Source of the DNA: Vulcanimicrobiaceae bacterium
GTDB taxonomy: Bacteria > Vulcanimicrobiota > Vulcanimicrobiia > Vulcanimicrobiales > Vulcanimicrobiaceae
Length of the DNA: 13,473 bases
Direction: 5' to 3'
Assembly: GCA_046262595.1 (NCBI GenBank)
Contig: JBHEMM010000005.1
Span: forward strand, 53,012-66,484
In this document: positions 8,942 to 13,473 of the stretch, piece by piece
Layout of the letters: the number at the start of each line of letters is the position of its first letter
Position numbering within the stretch: position 1 is the first letter of the stretch
Notes under the pieces: generated by a model
The model's database searches: none
The model's input: only the letters and a program-made list of their open reading frames with translations
Told to the model about the DNA's origin: nothing
Made by a program: the position numbers and the translations under genes

Positions 8942-10459
8942 CTACGGGGCTTCGGCGAGCCCTTCGGGTTCGAGAACGGGCTCGACCTCGGACGGGATGC
9001 TCTTGCGGAATCCGTAGCTGAAAAAGATGATCAAGCCCAAGGCTAACGCCGCCGCAAACCAGATCCACGTCATGCGTGAGAGGCCGAACACTGCCAGGAA
9101 CAACGAAAAGACGATGCCCAGGATGGGAAAGAGCGGCACGAACGGGACCTTGAACGACCGCGGCAGCTCCGGCCGGCGTTTGCGCAGATAGAGCACGCCG
9201 CCGCACACCACCGAAAACGCAATCAGCGTTCCGATGTTCACCAAGTTCAGCAGCTGATTGAGCGGCACGATCATCGCCAAAAAAGCGACCGCAACGCCGG
9301 TCAGCGCGGTGGTGATCACCGGCGTTTTAAATTTCGGATGGATCTTTGCAACGACCGGCGGCAGCATCTTGTCGCGCGCCATGACGTAGAAGATGCGCGT
9401 TTGCCCGAGCAGCGAACTGAGCGCGACGCTCGTCGTGCCCGCCAGCACGCCGATCGTGATGATCCAGGAAAGGACCGGCATGTGCAGCGGCGACAGAGCG
9501 TACACCAGCGGGTTCTTGATCGGCACCTGGCTCCACGGTACCGCGCCCACCAGCACCAGCGCGGTCGCGCAGTAAATGACGGTGCCGATGGCCAGCGCGC
9601 CGATGACACCCATGGGCACGTCGCGCTGCGGGTCTTTGCATTCCTCCGCCGTCGTCGTCGCGGTGTCGAAGCCGATGTAACTGAAGAAGACGTACGCGCT
9701 GATCGGAATGATGCCGTAGGGTTGAGCGCTTTCGATAGCGCCGCCGAACGGATGCAGCGATCCCCAGCCGACCGGGTTGAAATGATGCCAGTTCGCCAAG
9801 TGCACGAGGAACGCGCCGGCCACGATGAAGACGAGAAGCGCGGAGATCTTCAAGACCACGAAGACATTGTTCGCCGTTGCCGATTCCCTGATGCCCAGGG
9901 AAAGAATCAAACTGAGCATGAGGACGAAGAGAGCGGCGATCAGGTCGCACTGCGAGTGCGCGAGATCCCAATGCGCCGGAATCCACCAAGCGCCGTTGAT
10001 GATGAGATTCGATTGCTGCGCCCACGCCGGCAACGCCACGCCCAGCGTTTTGAGGATGTCTTGAATCGCCGCGGAAAACTGTTGCGCGACCGGTGCGGCG
10101 CTGATGCCGTATTCGAACAGCAGCGCGAAGCCGATGATCCATGCGAAGAGCTTGCCCATAGTCGCATACGTGTACGTGTATGCGCTGCCCGCGATCGGCA
10201 CCATCGCGCCGAGTTCCGCGTAACACAGCGCGGCGAAGAACGACGTGAGGCCGGCGAGCAAGTACGAGATGATGACGGCCGGCCCGGCGCCTTTAACGCC
10301 CGTGCCGATGGTGGTGAAGATGCCGCCGCCGATCATCGTGCCCAGGCCGATCGCCACGAGATCGCGGGCGGTCAGCGCGCGCCGCAGGATCTTTTGCTTC
10401 GCCAGCGCGCGCAGCTTGTCGACGTTCGTGGTTTCAAACAGGCGAGCGGTGAATGACAT
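8942..10459 (-). CDS. APC-superfamily amino acid permease (cationic amino acid transporter-like), 505 aa from ATG 10459
   Basis: LRRALTARDLVAIGLGTMIGGGIF, AGPAVIISY, ALCYAELGAMVPIAGSAYTY, FFSYIGFD, AEECKDPQRDVP, RIFYVMARD and LVNIGTLIAF motifs. The upstream extension in the ORF track overlaps the Nudix gene and lacks family features. Confidence 0.93.
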   Translation of the reverse strand: MSFTARLFETTNVDKLRALAKQKILRRALTARDLVAIGLGTMIGGGIFTTIGTGVKGAGPAVIISYLLAGLTSFFAALCYAELGAMVPIAGSAYTYTYATMGKLFAWIIGFALLFEYGISAAPVAQQFSAAIQDILKTLGVALPAWAQQSNLIINGAWWIPAHWDLAHSQCDLIAALFVLMLSLILSLGIRESATANNVFVVLKISALLVFIVAGAFLVHLANWHHFNPVGWGSLHPFGGAIESAQPYGIIPISAYVFFSYIGFDTATTTAEECKDPQRDVPMGVIGALAIGTVIYCATALVLVGAVPWSQVPIKNPLVYALSPLHMPVLSWIITIGVLAGTTSVALSSLLGQTRIFYVMARDKMLPPVVAKIHPKFKTPVITTALTGVAVAFLAMIVPLNQLLNLVNIGTLIAFSVVCGGVLYLRKRRPELPRSFKVPFVPLFPILGIVFSLFLAVFGLSRMTWIWFAAALALGLIIFFSYGFRKSIPSEVEPVLEPEGLAEAP

Positions 10460-10497
10460 TCGGGCCCGCGTTCGCGCAAGGCCAAGGGCTGCCCTAC
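10460..10497 (-). promoter_or_regulatory. Sigma-H-like, probably leaderless promoter candidate for the permease, GTAGG-N19-GAAC-N10-ATG
   Basis: The minus strand reads gtAGGgcagcccttggccttgcgcGAACgcgggcccgaATG, with no SD sequence before the ATG. Confidence 0.5.
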
Positions 10498-10512
10498 AAG
10501 AACCAATCGCGT
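10476..10512 (+). promoter_or_regulatory. Sigma-H-like, probably leaderless promoter candidate for the Nudix gene, GCAAGG-N18-GAAC-N9-ATG
   Basis: AGG at 10479-10481, GAAC at 10500-10503, ATG at 10513; no SD sequence. Confidence 0.5.
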
Positions 10513-11061
10513 ATGAAAGCATACCGCCGGCTCGCGAAACGTGAGGTCTACCGCAACCCGTACTTGTGCGTGGAAGTGCACGATGTGGTTCATCCCAACG
10601 GCAGTGAGGGCGAGTATGCGCTGCTCGTTGCGCCGCCCGCTTCGGCGGCCATCGTTTCGGACGGCGGCGATTTGCTCTTCGCGCGCCAGCCGCGCTTCGG
10701 CGCGCAAGCCGAAGTGATCGAGATTGTAAAAGGCGGTAGGGACCAGAGAGAATCGGCGCTCGACTGTGCAAAGCGTGAAGCGCGCGAAGAGCTCGGCATC
10801 CAGGCAGCCCATTGGGAACCGCTGGGCATCTTGTACGAGATCCCGTCTATCGTGAACGCTCCGGTGGAGCTGTTTCTCGCACACGGGATCGAGCACGTTG
10901 AATCACAGGAAGACGCGCTCGAATCCGTCGATCTCGTGCGCGTTCCGGAAGACGCCGCCATTAAGGCCGCGGTGTCCGGACAGATCAACGACGCGGTAAC
11001 GGTCGCGGCGCTGCTTCGTTACGGCTTACGTCGAGGGCGGCTGCGTTTTAGCGCTCCATAG
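10513..11061 (+). CDS. Nudix hydrolase (ADP-ribose pyrophosphatase-like)
   Basis: The Nudix box GGRDQRESALDCAKREAREELGI fits GX5EX7REUXEEXGU. The N-terminal VYRNPY..V..HDV.HPNG and C-terminal G.I.DA.T patterns are ADPRase-like. ATG 10513 is preferred over 10453, which would overlap the permease start. Confidence 0.9.
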   Translation: MKAYRRLAKREVYRNPYLCVEVHDVVHPNGSEGEYALLVAPPASAAIVSDGGDLLFARQPRFGAQAEVIEIVKGGRDQRESALDCAKREAREELGIQAAHWEPLGILYEIPSIVNAPVELFLAHGIEHVESQEDALESVDLVRVPEDAAIKAAVSGQINDAVTVAALLRYGLRRGRLRFSAP

Positions 11062-11628
11062 ATATTCCGGTACGCCCGCGATGTGATTGATCCAGCGCGC
11101 CCACACGAACAGCGCATCGGAAAGGCGGTTGACGTAACGCACCGCTTGCGCGCAGACCTCCGGCTCTTCGTCGCGTAACGTCACGATGAGACGCTCGGCG
11201 CGCCGGCAAACCGTCCGCGCGACGTGCAGATACGCACCGGCCATCGAGCCGCCCGGATGGATGAAATGTGCCAGCGGCTCCAGGTCTTGCTGCGCGCGGT
11301 CGATCGCGCGCTCGAGGGCAGCTGCATCGTCGCCGCCCGCAAGCGGCATGCCGGCCCAGCGTTTATCGCTGGGCGTCGCAAGCTCGGCACCCAAATTGAA
11401 GAGCACGTCTTGGGTCCACGCGAGCCACGCATCGGCTTGCGCGAGCCGTTCATCGGTCTTGGGCATCTGCATCAGCGCCGTTCGCGCCAATCCGATAAAG
11501 CTGGAAAGCTCGTCTAGGGTGCCGTACGACTCGATGCGCAGATCGTTTTTCTTCACGCGCGCGCCGCCGACCAAACCGGTGGTTCCGTCATCGCCGGTGC
11601 GGGTGTAGATGCGCGTGAGTTTCGGCAT
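11026..11628 (-). CDS. pduO: PduO-type ATP:cob(I)alamin adenosyltransferase
   Basis: MPKLTRIYTRTGDDGTTGL, RIESYGTLDELSSFIGLA, QDVLFNLGAELATP, LHVARTVCRRAER and YVNRLSDALFVWAR motifs; start at ATG 11628. Confidence 0.93.
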   Translation of the reverse strand: MPKLTRIYTRTGDDGTTGLVGGARVKKNDLRIESYGTLDELSSFIGLARTALMQMPKTDERLAQADAWLAWTQDVLFNLGAELATPSDKRWAGMPLAGGDDAAALERAIDRAQQDLEPLAHFIHPGGSMAGAYLHVARTVCRRAERLIVTLRDEEPEVCAQAVRYVNRLSDALFVWARWINHIAGVPEYLWSAKTQPPST

Positions 11629-11665
11629 GAAAGCGGCGTACCCTGAGTTCGCGCGGCTGACCTGC
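11629..11665 (-). promoter_or_regulatory. Sigma-H-like promoter candidate for pduO, GCAGG-N19-GTAC-N9-ATG
   Basis: The minus strand reads gcAGGtcagccgcgcgaactcaggGTACgccgctttcATG. Confidence 0.4.
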
Positions 11666-11680
11666 TGCGCCGCGCGGCCA

Positions 11681-11719
11681 GAAGGCGGCGGCGGCGCGCC
11701 GCACGAACCCCCGGCGGTC
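11681..11719 (+). promoter_or_regulatory. Sigma-H-like, probably leaderless promoter candidate for proS, GAAGG-N19-GAAC-N11-ATG
   Basis: AGG at 11683-11685, GAAC at 11705-11708, ATG at 11720; no SD sequence. Confidence 0.5.
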
Positions 11720-13183
11720 ATGTCGCAGGCACCCGAACAGGAAAAGCTCGTCGAGCAGATTCCTCCGAAAAACGATGACCTTTCCGCTTGGTATACCGCC
11801 GTGTGTCTCAAGGCGGAGCTGGTGTCGTATTCGCCGGTGCGCGGCTGCGTCGTCTTGCGCCCGCCGGGCTACGGAATGTGGGAGAACCTGCAGAAGCACC
11901 TGGACGAGCGGTTCAAGGCGACCGGGCACGAGAATGCCTATTTCCCGCTGCTGATTCCGGAAAGCTTGCTGATGCGTGAAGCGCAGCACGTCGAGGGCTT
12001 CGCGCCGGAAGTTGCGTGGGTCACCGAGGGCGGCAAAGAAGTGCTCGAAGAACGCTTGGCCATCCGCCCGACGTCCGAAGTGATCATCGGCGTGATGTAT
12101 GCGAAGTGGATCCAGTCGCATCGCGATCTTCCCGTTCTCATCAATCAATGGGCCAACGTGCTGCGCTGGGAGAAGGCAACGCGCCCGTTTCTGCGCACAA
12201 TGGAATTTTTGTGGCAAGAAGGCCATACGGCGCACGCTAATGCGCCGGAAGCACGTGAAGAAACGCTGCGCATGCTCGGCGTGTATGAGGAGTTCGCAAA
12301 GAACATTGCGGCGCTGCCGGTGTATGCCGGCGCCAAGAGCGCGAGCGAGCGGTTTCCCGGAGCCGTAGAAACGTACTCGATCGAAGCGCTCATGCCGGAC
12401 GGCAAAGCGCTGCAGTCGGCGACATCGCACGATCTGGGCCAGAACTTCAGCAAAGCGTACGATATCACATTCGTAGACACGGACCAAAAGATCAAACACG
12501 TCTACACGACGTCGTGGGGCATGTCGTGGCGCATGCTCGGTGCGGTGATCATGGCGCACGGCGACGATCGCGGGTTGCGCATCCCGCCGAAACTTGCGCC
12601 CATCGAAGCGGTTATCGTGCCGATCGTGCGCGGCGAGGACCGAGCAACGATCGAGAAAGCGCGCGAGCTCGCGGCTTCGCTGCGCGCCCAGGGCTTCCGC
12701 ATCCGCGTGGACGAGCGCGATCAGACGCCAGGCTGGAAGTATGCGGAATGGGAGATGCGCGGCGTCCCGCTGCGCGTCGAACTCGGCCCGCGCGATCTGC
12801 AGAACAATTCCGCCATGGTCGTACGCCGCGACAAAGAGCGCGGCGAAGAAGGCGCGAAAACGGTCGTCGCGTTCGAGGCGCTCGGCACCGCGCTGCGCGG
12901 CATGCTCGATGCGGTCCACGTTTCCTTGTACGAGCGTGCGAAGGCATTTTTGGATACGCACACGCCGCAGTCGTTCGAACGCGGCGACTTCTTGGAGAAG
13001 TGTAAAGCGCGCGCAGGCATGATCGATATCCCGTGGTGCGAACGCGCCGAGTGCGAAGCCGGCGTCAAAGCGGCCACGGGCGCGACCACGCGCAACATGC
13101 GCGCGCTGCTTCGCGCGGGCGCCGCTTGCGCCGCCTGCGGCGAACCCGCAAAAGTGAACGCGTACTTTGCTCAAAGCTATTAG
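11720..13183 (+). CDS. proS: Proline--tRNA ligase, archaeal/eukaryote-like (Thermus) type with a C-terminal Zn-binding domain and no INS editing domain
   Basis: DLSAWY, SPVRGC, NAYFPLLIP, HVEGFAPEVAWVT, RPTSE, NQWANVLRWE, FLRTMEFLWQEGHT, ALQSATSHDLGQNFSKA, TSWGMSWR, PGWKYAEWEMRGVPLRVELGPRD, WC..C..CAAC and FAQSY C-terminus. Confidence 0.97.
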   Translation: MSQAPEQEKLVEQIPPKNDDLSAWYTAVCLKAELVSYSPVRGCVVLRPPGYGMWENLQKHLDERFKATGHENAYFPLLIPESLLMREAQHVEGFAPEVAWVTEGGKEVLEERLAIRPTSEVIIGVMYAKWIQSHRDLPVLINQWANVLRWEKATRPFLRTMEFLWQEGHTAHANAPEAREETLRMLGVYEEFAKNIAALPVYAGAKSASERFPGAVETYSIEALMPDGKALQSATSHDLGQNFSKAYDITFVDTDQKIKHVYTTSWGMSWRMLGAVIMAHGDDRGLRIPPKLAPIEAVIVPIVRGEDRATIEKARELAASLRAQGFRIRVDERDQTPGWKYAEWEMRGVPLRVELGPRDLQNNSAMVVRRDKERGEEGAKTVVAFEALGTALRGMLDAVHVSLYERAKAFLDTHTPQSFERGDFLEKCKARAGMIDIPWCERAECEAGVKAATGATTRNMRALLRAGAACAACGEPAKVNAYFAQSY

Positions 13184-13473
13184 CCTCGCGCTGCTGCTCG
13201 CGCAAACGCTTTTTCCCGCTGCTTCGCCGGGCGTGGACCAATCCGATGCCTATGCGCGCGCCGCCGGCAACGACAAGCCGCTGGCCATCTTGATTGGAAA
13301 CCGCATCTTCAAGACGCGCTGGCCGGCGCAAGTGCTCAGCGTCTATGCCGATCTGGACGACGACACCGACGTCATCGGCATCCGCATCGCGGGCAAACAT
13401 TTTCACGGAGCGCTCGACGCCGGCGTGCTCGCGCTTGCCCGCGGTGCCGACGTGCTCGTCCACGACGCCCAGT
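13167..13473 (+). CDS. Partial hypothetical exported protein running off the window; last ~20 codons resemble an MBL-fold hydrolase segment
   Basis: Open frame from TTG 13167, overlapping the end of proS: MLKAISLALLLAQTLFPAASPGVDQSDAYARAAGNDKPLAILIGNRIFKTRWPAQVLSVYADLDDDTDVIGIRIAGKHFHGALDAGVLALARGADVLVHDAQ. It has a signal-peptide-like start and no stop, so it is absent from the ORF track. Confidence 0.65.
   Translation, partial: MLKAISLALLLAQTLFPAASPGVDQSDAYARAAGNDKPLAILIGNRIFKTRWPAQVLSVYADLDDDTDVIGIRIAGKHFHGALDAGVLALARGADVLVHDAQ

Noticed and set aside
10460..10771. 104-aa N-terminal extension of the permease in the ORF track
   Set aside because: It overlaps the Nudix gene on the other strand and is low-complexity and Arg-rich. 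Family-like sequence begins at ATG 10459.
11629..11719. Possible T-box upstream of proS or cobalamin riboswitch upstream of pduO
   Set aside because: The region is too short (91 bp) and has no T-box consensus, B12-box or terminator.
11609..11811. Overlapping N-terminal extensions of proS (from 11609) and pduO (from 11811)
   Set aside because: Homology starts near ATG 11720 and ATG 11628 respectively, leaving a 91-bp divergent intergenic region.
11588..13174. 528-aa minus-strand ORF, plus other long antisense ORFs (5026-6081, 9338-10456, 3339-4181, 2008-2751)
   Set aside because: They are antisense shadows of well-supported genes, expected in GC-rich DNA, and contain no recognisable motifs.

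Overview
GC-rich bacterial chromosomal window with no mobile element, RNA gene or CRISPR array visible. The left half is the conserved, tightly coupled rpsB(3' end)-tsf-pyrH-frr-(65-aa ORF)-uppS-cdsA-dxr-rseP-ispG cluster. Six extra genes lie between ispG and proS, which are adjacent in many Firmicutes: a copper-amine-oxidase N-terminal (stalk) domain protein, a frameshifted BtuF-like protein without a signal peptide, a very basic histone-H1-like protein, an APC amino-acid permease, a Nudix hydrolase and a PduO-type cobalamin adenosyltransferase. An archaeal/eukaryote-type proS and a truncated, possibly chimeric ORF follow. Gene order and content suggest a Terrabacteria organism, possibly Eremiobacterota/Vulcanimicrobiota (inference only). 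The main observations are: (1) a recurring AGG-N18-19-G(A/T)AC-N9-11-ATG motif, similar to a sigma-H promoter and apparently leaderless, upstream of four divergently transcribed genes, with a degenerate copy at a fifth; (2) a probable CTG start for pyrH; (3) a stand-alone PASTA-like microprotein coupled to uppS; (4) a one-base frameshift at the lobe boundary of the BtuF-like gene; (5) an apparent switch to a metallo-beta-lactamase-fold motif in the last ~60 nt.
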